IMG/VR virus record: IMGVR_UViG_3300024261_002043
Coordinates: 1 to 64,000 of that record
Source of the DNA: a virus
Length of the DNA: 64,000 nucleotides
Reading direction: 5' to 3' (one strand)
Under the pieces are notes generated by a model, which saw nothing but the letters and a program-made list of their open reading frames with translations, was not told the origin of the DNA and ran no database searches. Made by a program: the position numbers and the translations under genes. This document shows positions 38,401-49,700 of this stretch, in pieces; position 1 is the stretch's first letter; each line of letters begins with the position of its first letter.

Positions 38401-39213
38401 GTCTGCAAACTTTTGAGCAAGGATCTTTCTTGTTGCTGATGCAGTTGCATCATATATTAATACGTAGTCCGCAGAACCTTGTAGCGTTGTTGTCGCAACA
38501 GCAGAATTAGGATCTACTAATAATCCTCCGCCTGTACCGGTACCACCAGATATCCCTAGACCACTGTTGGTCGCTAAAGTTACATCTATTGTTTTTGGTG
38601 CTGAATTATTATAAGGGGTATTCGTTAGTCCATCACGAAATGTGATAGGGTTCCCAAGCGATGTCATGGTGGCAGCAGCAGACATTAAATTGTTTACTGA
38701 TATCTTTTTTACATCTCTTGAATTACCGGTGTCACTTGTATCGTGAATAAGAAGATAGTCATCTGAAGCCGGTGTTGCTGATAACTCAGATGCTTGTGTT
38801 GGATTAATTGCTAGACCAAACGAGGTAAGCTCAAGACCGGTGCTTGTAAATAAGTCAATCTCGACCGTAGCGGTAGAAGACCCATCATAGGTAAAGGAGG
38901 TTATACCTCCTGACGCGTTTCCAGACAGTACGGCGCCAGCTCCAACGGTAGCAGATATTGTTATACCACCTGTCACATCCTCCGTTACAGTTACAGATCC
39001 AGAGCCTTTGACATATGCAGAGCCTTGTTTGTCTACTAGCCTACCATCTAGCTGTGCTGAACCTTTTACTATGAGGGAGCTTTTAAATTCATCGTCATCT
39101 AGACCGATCTGGAATGTATGAGGTGTTGCAACCTTGACGACGTTCTTGTTAGTCGACTGCCTTAGAACAAGAAAATCCTGGTTTCTTAGGTCTGTTCTTT
39201 TTCCTTGACTCAT
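35455..39213 (-). CDS. Long tail-fibre-like protein with internal repeats and an E1-FCCH-like domain
   Basis: S/T/G-rich; repeated LTNGPGI..LS[Y/F][N/D]GS..TV and DY.LI.D units; ISNITQANPGVVTT..HNLSEGQGVTLTSVVGMTEVNG. Confidence 0.7.
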   Translation of the reverse strand: MSQGKRTDLRNQDFLVLRQSTNKNVVKVATPHTFQIGLDDDEFKSSLIVKGSAQLDGRLVDKQGSAYVKGSGSVTVTEDVTGGITISATVGAGAVLSGNASGGITSFTYDGSSTATVEIDLFTSTGLELTSFGLAINPTQASELSATPASDDYLLIHDTSDTGNSRDVKKISVNNLMSAAATMTSLGNPITFRDGLTNTPYNNSAPKTIDVTLATNSGLGISGGTGTGGGLLVDPNSAVATTTLQGSADYVLIYDATASATRKILAQKFADLGSSYSLSSGTGLTYSVGSAYNAAADSTLSVDTSVIPTLAGNNTLTGDNTFSGASTFSGTTTFGTIIAKHDEASAGVPYLVGGTNITVSYNTPTTGQITLAASSTSPGALTNGPGIGTLSYNGSTAKTVSVDMTNLSTVAANRNHFVVTADNTSLSSVSKTSIASLADIVDRTAIMAEGAGIDISFAGNSNPATIAVQYDNDTIGLDGSGDIEVKKVPNSLTNGPGIKSLSFDGSSAVTVETNLKAGTNITLTTNSDKSITIDAAGGSGAVTGSISNITQANPGVVTTVLNHNLSEGQGVTLTSVVGMTEVNGNEYYADVLSGNTFAMYSDNTLSTSVNTTGFTAYASDGKFTGDAGGGTAIDFVSGSTTVNSIDKVDVTNLAILNSYGSGDIALTGTIGTAEDGSYSDGLFTDFTTQTPVGTAVDRFNEVLKGLAPSAAPNLDDMSCSDSGTTANLSFGSTQSISGYTNVLPSTLTPASSLSNVDINGSYASTTSGNDVRVACLNGATVIDGTLNADISPDSPNFAVGAFGNGDQGTLKLFVNNNSTEKHSVDLSSFGSGNSLNSNGSGFNLSAVTNGAFADGSSFSTFKHRTGTYTIATTDQANGWNYARVVHTIGSTSTTCNYVEWVNDSNSNALSADNSVFDGLSMTGTKQLSGVTYHTAGTAQYRVRALNAYRNVYSSNNITFTGTNCSTPAQAFPTINHGAGEDESKLLQITGSATINTDPLLNQSISVSVNVPAPLKSSLSSAGSQSISGILLYNLSDTATTTSEPFRGESYRRASGSYDNQAAVTDSGAVWNSSTSLLSLNGLLFYNSALRAPRQGAVSGDFRNTSDGGSIANGPSSNVDYSTISSGLRTFYRYFQNTSGGSKTDFILTLNGSGTIVEQGTSLSTSNVHVLVKLPETSSSFSTGWMDLAKAFATGQVSDGDGCLNGSLDSSLNASNAGTFGTQSAGANEYIVVKIEADASWTGNISQMSISWS

Positions 39214-39232
39214 AAGCTCACGTTGTGTTTAG

Positions 39233-42200
39233 TTAAGAGGCACCTGAGAATCCTGGAACACTAAACACTGTAAAGGGGTCTAATGTTATAAGATCACTAC
39301 TAAATATAATGCTCCTCGATGTATCTCCCTCTATGTAGGGTTTTGATGCAGTAAGCGCAGTCGAAATATTAAAACATGACGTTGCGGATGCATCAGATAT
39401 TGGATTACCTTCTCCATCTAAAAAGATAACTGATACCACAGCTTCTGATTCTCCAGGTGATCGATCTTCATCACCCTTATAATACGTCTTCGAGTACATA
39501 CGTTGCTCTAGCATGTCTCTAAACTGTCCGTATCTATCACTCCTGAATATTGCTGACGGTGATAAATGGTCACAATTCATATATCCATATTTAAACCCTG
39601 TAGGATGACGAAAATTAGCAGCTCCTCTAACGCTATCAGTCTGCCAGGGTATGCCATCACTGCCAGTACCGATATATAACGTACGATTGAAATATCGCCA
39701 CCAACTAAAATCAAGCTGTTTTCTATTTTCTCTTCCCCAGCCGGTTAGACCAGCAAAGAATTGCCTTTGATATTTACTATTATTTTGACTTTTACCGTAT
39801 GCGTCTCCGTCTGTAGACGAATTATCTCCTGCTGCTAAGGCCCAAGTGGATGGGAAGGATGATTCTTGGTAATTTGATTGTCTTACGTTTGCCATATCAC
39901 CGATGGTCGTCATGTCTATGCCACCTTCATACACGTATTTAGGGCTACCCGTTTGGCCTGGATCATACGTATCATAAAACGTGTAGTCATACACATCTTT
40001 GCTACCTGGAAGTCGGTTAGACGGTCCAGTAATGCTCGCTGCGGCCTCAGTATTGTTATACCCTAAATAAGGAGAGATGTTTACGTTCCCGGCGGCGACG
40101 CTGGAAAATAGATTATACGCTGCGGTAGTTCGATCATTAGACTGAAAAGGCGCGGTCAACCTGTACACAGCAGTTGTGTCTCCAGCAAATCTTAGACTTA
40201 AGTCTGTTTTTCTGCGCACATTGGAAAACTTTTGCTCGAACGGAAATGAGTCTTGCCAACCGTGAGCAAAAGCGTAAGTATAGCCTGGAAACAACTCATC
40301 TATATACTCGGCAGATGATGTTACATGAGGCTGCTTCGTTACGTTTAAGTTAACTATCGTATACTTCGAGATAGCGTCAGCGCCGAGGAGAACTTGATCA
40401 CGCGTGCTGCCACCTAACGCTTTCGCGATGTCAAAAGGATCTTGCTGTAAGGTATCAAAGTATACCTCTTTCTCTTCGATTGCCCTAACAAACCTTTGCA
40501 GGCTTCCGCTGAACAATAAATTTCCAGAAGCCTGAGATGCTGCAACTCCCCGGGTTTTTAGCATATAATCTGATCTACTATCATCTGCAAATATGGAGCC
40601 AGTAATATGATATTCTAAATTACTACCCATATAGTCATCATCAGACCCAACAAGAAATTGATCTAGTACAGGGTTGTCATAGTGGATTGCTTCATGAATT
40701 GCATTCGAGTCAAGCTTTTGGCCAGATGTTGTTGCGTAAGGTTTCCCGTCCTTAACATATGTACCATAGAGTACGATTCTGCTAGGACCTGCTAACATTT
40801 TTAAGCTATGACAAGGCTGATACGGATCTTCCAAATTTTGTCTATTATCTTCTACCGGTAATCCGGAGGCTGGATCTCTGTCAGTTTCGTAAGCATAGCC
40901 TGCAGCAATCGATTTTTGGTAATCCCATATACCCCACTTATATGGTGATCTATTATTTGGTAATCCAGATCCTGGGTTCCAGCCGGGTAGTGAGGGTTGA
41001 ACACCTAAGACTAGCTTATCAGAAGGCTGTAACATATAAAGACTATCAACAGTAGGCTCTTTTGAAAACTTTCCTTCTTTTGTTCCTGTAGATATTACTT
41101 TAGCAAAATTTTCGGTCGAAATAGTTGAGGTTGCCGTGGAGTTCCATACTTCATCACTAGACATAAAATATTGTGTTCCACCAAGAGCAAGAGATGACTG
41201 TGTATTTGTATTTTCAGGTTCACCTGCGACTGCAGATCTTATGAACCTTCTAGCCGACGGAAAATCATTACCCTTTGTACCAGGGACCCAGCCACCTTCG
41301 GAAATGACTATAGAATTTCTTACATGATAACGCTTACCGTCTTTTACGAATTTTTCGTACATGGACTCGACGTCAGCACCTGAGCCGGCAGGTGCTGACT
41401 GATAAAAAAGGCTACGTGGTGGGATGGAAATTGGTGGTGCTGTTATAAAGTTAGGAGTTGTTGTTACCCAGTACCCCGGGGTATCTAGTGACCTGGGGAC
41501 TGTTGAGCGAACAGGGACATCTATCTTAAAGTCTTTCTTATAATTTAGGTACTGTCTTTTATACACATTCGCAACAAGTGGAAGTGCTGCTGACTCCCTA
41601 CCTGGTTGCTCTAATGGTCTCCAGGCAGTAGATGCAGTCATAAGAGTAAATCCGCAAAAATTATCAGCATAGTCGAGGTTAGTACCGGCATGGGTTTGAG
41701 ATGCCGACATGAATATGTTGAGGTCTCTTGACAAACCAGAATCCATCCAGCTCTTTGTTGGTCTGTCCTGATAGTACTCTCGTGGTACATCGGACTGTAT
41801 TGCAGGAGCCGTTACGGAAGGGTTTAGACCGTATGCGAGATAGTCTTGTGGCGCATAATGAAAGCTACCAAACCTCATGCGCTCAAAAAATATTCCTTTA
41901 GACTCTATTTTTGTGGATGAATTATACGCGACATCCCATGATGCGGACGGTGCTTCAGAAATACTATCACCAGCTATATAAGAAGGTGTAGTTATTACAG
42001 ACATGCCTGATCCCATAGGCGTACCACCGAGCAGCTTATATTCCGGGGAGGATGTTTTTACAGCAGAGTATTCATCAACTAGATTACCCCCGACATCACC
42101 ATCAGCGACCCGAGGATAACCTATAAACGTATCCAGCGTGTATGTTGTATTGGCTGTGACTTGTGTTCCAGAAAGTAGATACCTTGGATAAGGTGCGCCG

Positions 42201-45200
42201 GATGGATTTCTGGAGGCAATCGCATCGGCCAAAGTTGAACCACCTCCGCCGACATTAGAAGGCTTAATTTCAGGCCAAGAGCTTAGTCCGTTGGAGTTGC
42301 TATCTGTTTCCATTGACCATGAACCTTGAGCTGTATCAGGATAGTCAGAAAATACAGAAGTTTTTTCTGCGCCTATAGGATTAAACCCGGCGTTGTCAAC
42401 TGCAGGCTGTGGATTGGAAGGAATCGTGACATACCCATAATCCCTAATAGACGCGACTTTTATAGCTTGAGGAAATAATGACTGAGCTATAGGTTGATCA
42501 GGTGAGCTAAATAGCTCGTTATAGAACTGAGTCGACCACACTGAACCGGATTGGTGTGCTAAGTATGAATCACGGTGATCCCATATTGTATCTATGAAAG
42601 AGTCAGCGGCATTTGCATAACCGTAATGTGCCATCTGACCGAAGGTTATCATCTCACGAGTTGATGCACAACTAGATGATGTTACCATTCTGACCTTTTT
42701 ATTAGCTTGAATACCTAAAAACTTTTTCCACGTATCGCTGATTAGAGTCGAAGAAAGATATGTTTCATATGGTAATGAACCAAATTTCTCCCTGTTTATC
42801 TTACCGGGTGGTACATCAGCGGAGAGGTTGCCTTTCTGAAACAAGAAAGCTTGGTCAGCGCTAGTTTGGTATGGAGGAAGCGGATACATAGGGGTGCTTG
42901 CGACACCGGATATCGTAAACGAAAACTCATCAACTCTATCGTCTGGCTTCTGTGATTGACGAAGCAGAAAGAAAGAATCTGCCCTCCAAAAAGGAACGCC
43001 GCCGGCGTCTTTAAGCCAGTGACGACGGCCATTGGTGGCAGCATAATCACCGTTGTAGTTTTCATCGTTAAAGTTAACACCGACTATAGGACCAGCAATA
43101 TCAGGTGTACTGTCAGATGAATAAGCTCCAGTTACAATTCCGTTTATACCTCCGGCTAGAACTGGAATAAACGATAAAGCGTGTATTCTATTTGTGAACG
43201 TACTCTGCAGTTGCTGTTGAGTATATTGTCTTCGATTCTGGACACCGACCGACCTTGGTCCGTAAGACGTTGGCATCATCATTGTCGCGGATTGAGATAC
43301 TACATACCCAGGATAGTTAGGGAAAGAAGAGGTATGTAACTTATAGAAGTTAATTAAAGGTGTCGCGGGGCCTGGGCCGTCGGAAGTGCACATTCCGTTT
43401 CGTGATATTAAATAGTTAAGAGCTTTTGACTTATCTGTTGAAAAATTTGCGTAGGTTGGAGTGCCAGAACCCTTTACAGATGTGTATTCCTCATCTTGCC
43501 CTAGTGAATATATAGGCGAGCCGTTAATGAGCTCACCTTGCCTCATGAACACGCCCCAACCCGCTGCGGAGTCAAAGCCAGTCAAATTTTGATCGCCACT
43601 CCATGATGAAGCACTAAGACAAGGGTACATGGTGGGTGAATTTATATCGGCAGCGTCTAAAAAGGGTAAGCGATAGCCTAGAGAGTGTGGGCCTGACTCT
43701 TCTATGGCTGCACCAAATTCAAAAGATACTCTTTCAAGCAAAAAAGGTGAGTCGATATATTTGCTCATGTCTATCAACTGTTCGTCTTTCGCTTCGTATT
43801 TTTTATGTATAGGAAATCCGTATACTGAAGTTGGTAGACCTCTACTCTTAAAATCTGTTAGAGCATTAATACCCTGATTTTCAAATATCGTAAATCCAGA
43901 TGTACCTGTAAAACCTACCGACGCAGAGCTAAAGAAATGTTCATGCTGTGATATAACGGAGGAGATTATAACGTCATTTTTCTCGCTTCCGACGGAGGTT
44001 GTAGCATGACTAGATGAATATACAGTATTAGCACCTGGGATTTCAAAATTGTTGTTGTTACCAGATGTTTGCCAGCTCTTCGTAGAAAAGTTGTAGTAAG
44101 CCATAGAAGAAACTCTGCCGGCGAACGGTTCCCCATCATTTCCAAGTTCTACGCCAATCGTTGTGTCATTCTCTGGATTCAAATCGATAACAATAGCAAT
44201 GTGATCGCCTATAGTTTGATCAAAGTTTTCGTCCACGCCGGCAGCAACAGCTAGCTGGTCTTTTCTTGATATATGAGGGTTTGAATCATCAAATGGAGCT
44301 ATTGTGCCGCCAAGGATGGAAGAGTCTTTAGAAAGTGTTACTGGTGAATTTCTAGTTGATGCATCTAGCAGAGTTGTCTCTACGCTATATTGTCCTGGGT
44401 ATATTATCGCAGAACCCGTTAACCTATGATCTAGATCAGTGTTATGTATATCTCTATAAAAAGACCGAGTGTCACCTTCTTCTCCACGAGCTGTAAGTGA
44501 TGATAAGCCCGGCTTTAATATCTTCGACTCTTGACTACCTGAATATAGCTCTACAGGCAGCATTTCCGGGTACACAACATTCTGGACTATTTCAAAGTCT
44601 AGGGCGTTAGTATCATTGAAAGCAGGTGTTGCCTTAGGGACTACTGTCGGATTCGAAGATTCTGGGTATGATGATTTTGCATCAAGAAGTTGTAGCATCT
44701 TTCTAGGCGCGCGGTTATTAAGCCCCGACTTATACGTATTTTTAACGTTACTTGATCTGGCAACCAAGTCCATCTCAGTTGTTGTTAGCTCTTTATTAAA
44801 AACTGCTATCTCGCCAATGTCCGCGCCGACGACAAAATCAGTCAATGTAAACGCAGGATTAACACCCCCAGTGACCTCTCCGTAACCGACATATAGATTA
44901 GGTCTTTCCAAGTCAAGAGTAGAAGCATTAGCTGCCGTATTAATCGTAGCGCTAGAATACAATTCACCTGTCGATAGATCATACACTCTAGATGACCCAA
45001 CCACTGGTCGTCCTGCAGCATTTCTATAGGCTGTTGCAATTATAGCGACCCAAGTGCTTTTAGGAACATTACCTGATCCCAAAACATGAGTGTTAACAGC
45101 GTCGCTACCGCCATTACCGTGATGTCGTACTTCGAGAGTATTTAGGTCAGCAAAAGATATCGAAAATGTTACCGCTGAAGTTACTGGATCCCCTAGCGCT

Positions 45201-45736
45201 ATAATAGATTTTGCATTTTCTGGATGAAGATTAGCTTTCAACATATACGTAAGTGTATGGTTGTGAGGGTCTAGTTCCGACTTTCCGGATAGTTTGTCAC
45301 CTGCAACTGATTTTCTAACCAAAAATGATCGGTCTAATGCGACACCACTATTCGAGCCTCCGACTGGCAGAGATAAAGATTTTTGAGTATACGGTACTCT
45401 TATCTTACTGCTATCCTCAATGGTCACATCTGTATAAGCAGTGCCACCATACATATCAGAGCCTGATAAATACGCAGTAGGAGTGGCAACAAACGCTCCA
45501 CCGGCGCCTGATATACCTTTAACTACCGTAAAGTTTTGTTCTTCAGAAGCAATGTCAAGAATTATTGAAGGACGATCTACACCACCTATTGGACCGAAGT
45601 CGTACTCTATTTTGTTCATTCTGGCGTATACTAGTGTTGGTAACTCTAGTTGCGCATTTTGACCGCCACCATCAACACCTGTAAAAATCGTGCTAGATAG
45701 ATTAGATATTATCCTAGATTTTCTATTATCTTTCAT
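39233..45736 (-). CDS. Very large virion protein (2167 aa) with N-terminal LamG-like domain
   Basis: TWVAIIAT..LYVGY..IGEIAVFNKELTTTEM LamG pattern; coupled to the upstream gene. Confidence 0.65.
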   Translation of the reverse strand: MKDNRKSRIISNLSSTIFTGVDGGGQNAQLELPTLVYARMNKIEYDFGPIGGVDRPSIILDIASEEQNFTVVKGISGAGGAFVATPTAYLSGSDMYGGTAYTDVTIEDSSKIRVPYTQKSLSLPVGGSNSGVALDRSFLVRKSVAGDKLSGKSELDPHNHTLTYMLKANLHPENAKSIIALGDPVTSAVTFSISFADLNTLEVRHHGNGGSDAVNTHVLGSGNVPKSTWVAIIATAYRNAAGRPVVGSSRVYDLSTGELYSSATINTAANASTLDLERPNLYVGYGEVTGGVNPAFTLTDFVVGADIGEIAVFNKELTTTEMDLVARSSNVKNTYKSGLNNRAPRKMLQLLDAKSSYPESSNPTVVPKATPAFNDTNALDFEIVQNVVYPEMLPVELYSGSQESKILKPGLSSLTARGEEGDTRSFYRDIHNTDLDHRLTGSAIIYPGQYSVETTLLDASTRNSPVTLSKDSSILGGTIAPFDDSNPHISRKDQLAVAAGVDENFDQTIGDHIAIVIDLNPENDTTIGVELGNDGEPFAGRVSSMAYYNFSTKSWQTSGNNNNFEIPGANTVYSSSHATTSVGSEKNDVIISSVISQHEHFFSSASVGFTGTSGFTIFENQGINALTDFKSRGLPTSVYGFPIHKKYEAKDEQLIDMSKYIDSPFLLERVSFEFGAAIEESGPHSLGYRLPFLDAADINSPTMYPCLSASSWSGDQNLTGFDSAAGWGVFMRQGELINGSPIYSLGQDEEYTSVKGSGTPTYANFSTDKSKALNYLISRNGMCTSDGPGPATPLINFYKLHTSSFPNYPGYVVSQSATMMMPTSYGPRSVGVQNRRQYTQQQLQSTFTNRIHALSFIPVLAGGINGIVTGAYSSDSTPDIAGPIVGVNFNDENYNGDYAATNGRRHWLKDAGGVPFWRADSFFLLRQSQKPDDRVDEFSFTISGVASTPMYPLPPYQTSADQAFLFQKGNLSADVPPGKINREKFGSLPYETYLSSTLISDTWKKFLGIQANKKVRMVTSSSCASTREMITFGQMAHYGYANAADSFIDTIWDHRDSYLAHQSGSVWSTQFYNELFSSPDQPIAQSLFPQAIKVASIRDYGYVTIPSNPQPAVDNAGFNPIGAEKTSVFSDYPDTAQGSWSMETDSNSNGLSSWPEIKPSNVGGGGSTLADAIASRNPSGAPYPRYLLSGTQVTANTTYTLDTFIGYPRVADGDVGGNLVDEYSAVKTSSPEYKLLGGTPMGSGMSVITTPSYIAGDSISEAPSASWDVAYNSSTKIESKGIFFERMRFGSFHYAPQDYLAYGLNPSVTAPAIQSDVPREYYQDRPTKSWMDSGLSRDLNIFMSASQTHAGTNLDYADNFCGFTLMTASTAWRPLEQPGRESAALPLVANVYKRQYLNYKKDFKIDVPVRSTVPRSLDTPGYWVTTTPNFITAPPISIPPRSLFYQSAPAGSGADVESMYEKFVKDGKRYHVRNSIVISEGGWVPGTKGNDFPSARRFIRSAVAGEPENTNTQSSLALGGTQYFMSSDEVWNSTATSTISTENFAKVISTGTKEGKFSKEPTVDSLYMLQPSDKLVLGVQPSLPGWNPGSGLPNNRSPYKWGIWDYQKSIAAGYAYETDRDPASGLPVEDNRQNLEDPYQPCHSLKMLAGPSRIVLYGTYVKDGKPYATTSGQKLDSNAIHEAIHYDNPVLDQFLVGSDDDYMGSNLEYHITGSIFADDSRSDYMLKTRGVAASQASGNLLFSGSLQRFVRAIEEKEVYFDTLQQDPFDIAKALGGSTRDQVLLGADAISKYTIVNLNVTKQPHVTSSAEYIDELFPGYTYAFAHGWQDSFPFEQKFSNVRRKTDLSLRFAGDTTAVYRLTAPFQSNDRTTAAYNLFSSVAAGNVNISPYLGYNNTEAAASITGPSNRLPGSKDVYDYTFYDTYDPGQTGSPKYVYEGGIDMTTIGDMANVRQSNYQESSFPSTWALAAGDNSSTDGDAYGKSQNNSKYQRQFFAGLTGWGRENRKQLDFSWWRYFNRTLYIGTGSDGIPWQTDSVRGAANFRHPTGFKYGYMNCDHLSPSAIFRSDRYGQFRDMLEQRMYSKTYYKGDEDRSPGESEAVVSVIFLDGEGNPISDASATSCFNISTALTASKPYIEGDTSRSIIFSSDLITLDPFTVFSVPGFSGAS

Positions 45737-46701
45737 TCGTACTCACCAAGCATGTATACATCGCCAAATGTAATTGAACCTGCTGGACTTCCAAAGTAAA
45801 ATCCTCTTGAAGCTCTTTTATCCAACGGGTTCGTTATATCTTCACAAGACGATGAATTAAGAAGCTTTAAGGCGTGCATAATATCACCTTCGTTATGTGC
45901 GTATAATTTAGAATACACTACATTATGGTATTGTTTTTCCCTGAACGATTGTCCTGCAGCAGCTCTAATATCCTGATAGCCTTGAACATCATACGGACTT
46001 TCTTCTTGTGCGTAGCCACCACCACCAATAAAAGCTGACATATCTGAAGACCCTGTGGTCACTGTGGCTGGCGCATCTAGAAATGGAAAATAGCTTTTAT
46101 CGCTTAGCGACCACGTGTCTTTTATTTCTAGACTACCCCACGGTCTTGAAGCTGCGGAGCCGACTAATCCACCCCTAACATTATGTCCTTCATATCTATA
46201 GTCATTTAAGCCTAGTATATTACCTCTTATGTCCAGAGGCTCTATTACACCATTAAACTCATGATCAGGTAACTCACCTAAATTCCACAAATTTACAGGA
46301 TACATAGCTTCATCTGGTGCTTGTATAAAAGAGATAGGATTAAACGAGGTAAGATCAGCGAATGGCTCTCCTTGAAGAGTTACGGGAGGCTGGCCGTATT
46401 GTGACGTCTCTAGATCAAATACTAGACGCTCCTCAAACTTAGACTCATCATCGTTTAAATCACGAGAATCATTGTTGAGAGATATCGTGTCATCAAATTG
46501 TATCGAAGACATTCTAGCGTTATTCTTGAATATAGCTAGCCTTCTGCTATTTGAACCTAGCCGCGGGGAGATGTTACCGTCAACAAACACTTTATCTGTT
46601 TTTACATTAATACCCTGGTAAAAGGGAGATACGGACCCTGTGAGGGTTGCTCTTGTACCTTTTGTTAGGCTTCCGCTTAATACTCTGTCACTATCCGCCA
46701 T
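45733..46701 (-). CDS. Hypothetical virion protein
   Basis: 322 aa ORF in baseplate operon; ATGA overlap with the next gene. Confidence 0.65.
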   Translation of the reverse strand: MADSDRVLSGSLTKGTRATLTGSVSPFYQGINVKTDKVFVDGNISPRLGSNSRRLAIFKNNARMSSIQFDDTISLNNDSRDLNDDESKFEERLVFDLETSQYGQPPVTLQGEPFADLTSFNPISFIQAPDEAMYPVNLWNLGELPDHEFNGVIEPLDIRGNILGLNDYRYEGHNVRGGLVGSAASRPWGSLEIKDTWSLSDKSYFPFLDAPATVTTGSSDMSAFIGGGGYAQEESPYDVQGYQDIRAAAGQSFREKQYHNVVYSKLYAHNEGDIMHALKLLNSSSCEDITNPLDKRASRGFYFGSPAGSITFGDVYMLGEYE

Positions 46702-46705
46702 CTTG

Positions 46706-49700
46706 CTACCGCCTCTTCATATTAGCTATCAGCTGTCTTAGGTAAAGCGCGCCTTTAAGATTGCGTCTATCGTTTACCCCCAAATATATGTCACCAGATC
46801 CGTAGGCTACCCTAGGGCGCTCTAAAATATGCGGTTCGACAATCATATTAAATCCTAGATAGTTAGTCTTTTTAGGTATTAGATTTTCTATTATTATATC
46901 GAAAGACTCATCTAACCATCTGAAGAATTCAAAAAATGCGGTGTAGTTCACACTACCAGTTAGACGATTAAAATATATTTCTCTTAACCTTGTTAGTCCC
47001 TGGTATTCTGTCGCGAACATATTTTCTGGCCCACCTATAATATTCTCCAAAGACTCTAGCGTAGCGAATATTTTTATAATATCCTCATTCAGCGCTTGAG
47101 CAACAGAGAACTCTATAGAAAATCTTACATCATCCATCGGCTCAAGATCAGGAGGCAATTCGTATATTGGAGCGAATGAAGAGTCAAAGTCTACTACGTT
47201 TTGAGCAAGATCCATACCAGCAAGTCTAACTTTATTATCGTCAGATATTTCGTCAAACACCGGAGATATTATAGAGAAGTCAAATCTTTCAGGCTTTATT
47301 ATTTGCACGCTTTGCTCAAATCCTCTTAGATATCCAACATTGCTACTGCTACCAGTGTTTAATAAAGATTGCTGTGAAAAATCGACTAACTCCAGGTATC
47401 CAGATGAATTAGACGCAGTCAAAGGTTGATCCGTTGATAAATCAAGACGTAATCTTTCAAACGAACCGGTTACCTCGCTGTTAAAACCAAAATTTACCAG
47501 TGGCTCGTCGACGCCTAAAGACAGAAAGCTTCTAGCATGCTCTTTCACCTCTTTATCAGATAAAGCTTTAGACCAAAAACGAAAATGTCCTGACTTGCCG
47601 GCAAATGCTGTTGTCCGTGCAATATCAGGCACAGTAGAATGGTTTAAGAAATAATTCTTTGTAGTATCTATGCTTTGGTGGCCTACTACTAAAAACGATC
47701 CAGAGTTGTTGATCGCTGCTGAAGTTGTTGGATTACTTTTTAATTGTAGCGCGTTTGGTATGGCACCTAAAGCTGTTTGTGGCGCTTCTAAAAACAACGA
47801 AGATGTGGTATACATCTCGACTATTTCACCAGACTCCTGGCGAGACAGATTTATGAAGTAGCTAGATGATACTTCACTTTCAATAGCGTCATTTCTTTTT
47901 CTGCCGATTGATGTGTACCATTTGTTCCCGTCGAAGATATTCGCGCCGGTCAACTTGAGGCTGAGTGTTTCATCTGTGGAGCTGAATCCGGGTCTGCAAT
48001 ATAGCGTTAGATCTGGATTGTCTGTATCTTCGTCTATATTGGGGTTAGCTACTAAATTTAAAATAACACCATGAGTTGGTGACGACCCTGTTACATGTAT
48101 TCGAAACAAGCTTTGTGGTGACCGAAATGATTTTGCTACAGGAAACTTAAACCGGCCCTCGACTGTCCAACTTCCAGATGTTAACAGCCCGTCGTTTTCA
48201 TTATCAGAAATGCCGTGTGGGGGAAATGATCCAATAGATTCAAATAACCCAGCAGGAGCTGGGGCGCCAAGCTCAAGACGAGATGATGATAAGTACGGGC
48301 TAACCAAATTTGGCTTGCTAGAGTTGAAGCCCTGGCTATCGATAGTTGATGATGGGTCGTATGTTATACTTCCTGAGAAATCTGTTAACGTTGAGACCTC
48401 TGTTATGTTTCTTCTTGACTTTCCTAAGCGCAGCTCTCTTGATCCTCCGTACTCGACAAACCGAAACATTCTGTTTGGATCAATACCAGCAGATCTAAAT
48501 AACGACTTTATAGCATGAACAGTACCTTTTGACGTTATAACTTCATTCATGTTTGTCAGTATTCTACGCCACATTTCATTTTGTAGTAACTTTAGCGAAT
48601 CCGTCTCTCCCCCTGCGCCGGCAACACCCTCACCAGAAAAGAATTGATCGTAATTTGCGTTCTTAAACAGGTTTGGAAGATCGAAACCGTAATACTCAGC
48701 TAAAAATGGCAGCATTTGATCAGCTACGCTTACAGATGAATCATAATCGATATGTACCATTTCAGAAACATGGTCAATCATCATCTTTAGTTCGTCAAAA
48801 CTTCTTGCCCACGTAAAAAGTAGCGCAGATATTATCTGTGGTTGACCTATTTTTGTGGAACCCGGTAATGCGTATTTGTCTGCCGTACTTTTTATACCTT
48901 CGTAGGTTCCTCCTTCTCGTGAGTCACCAGTCGACGTCATAGACGCGCGAGCGATGTCTAAATAATGTTCAGGGATTAAGCTGGTTATGATATTAGGATT
49001 ATTCTCATCGTAAGTAGAGCCGCTAGTCAGTAAGTCTTCATTTAATGCGACAATATCTGCATGACCCGGAAATAACGTGGGATGATAATCTTTTTCCTCG
49101 TACTTGTATAAGCTGTCTACAGGCTTTGCTACTCTTACTTTGGCAGAATAGTTTGATATCCTAGAATGCAAACTTTGACCTGAATGATCCAGCACAACAT
49201 CTGAATTTGCGTATGAACCAGTGGCTTCGTTAAATCTAAGACTCAGCTTGGGATCTTCCTCAGCATATAGCGTTCTAACAGAATATCGATCTATTTCCTG
49301 AGCACTTCTTGTTTTGTGAAATACCCTAAAGTTGTTTATAGATCCTGATAACGTTTGAGTCGGTGTAAAAGTAGTCGTCGACGACCCGGTGCCAATCAGA
49401 AATGGGCTACCACCAGTGTTTATAGATCCAAAAGATGATCTAGACGATACACCCAAAGTTTTAGAACCACTCATTATGAAGCTTTTGTTTGAAGAAGGAG
49501 AGTTATCATATGAAAGACATATGTGCGAAAACTTTCCTTTCTCTAAAGACGCGCTGTTTTGTAATACTAGTGACCCGCTTAAAACGTCAAATTTGACGTC
49601 GACGTTGTCAGCTACAGCTGACGACGCCTCCAAGTATGCGGCGTAGCCCACTCCTTCGCTAGATATATGATGGAATATGTATTGAGGTTCTGACTTTTCA

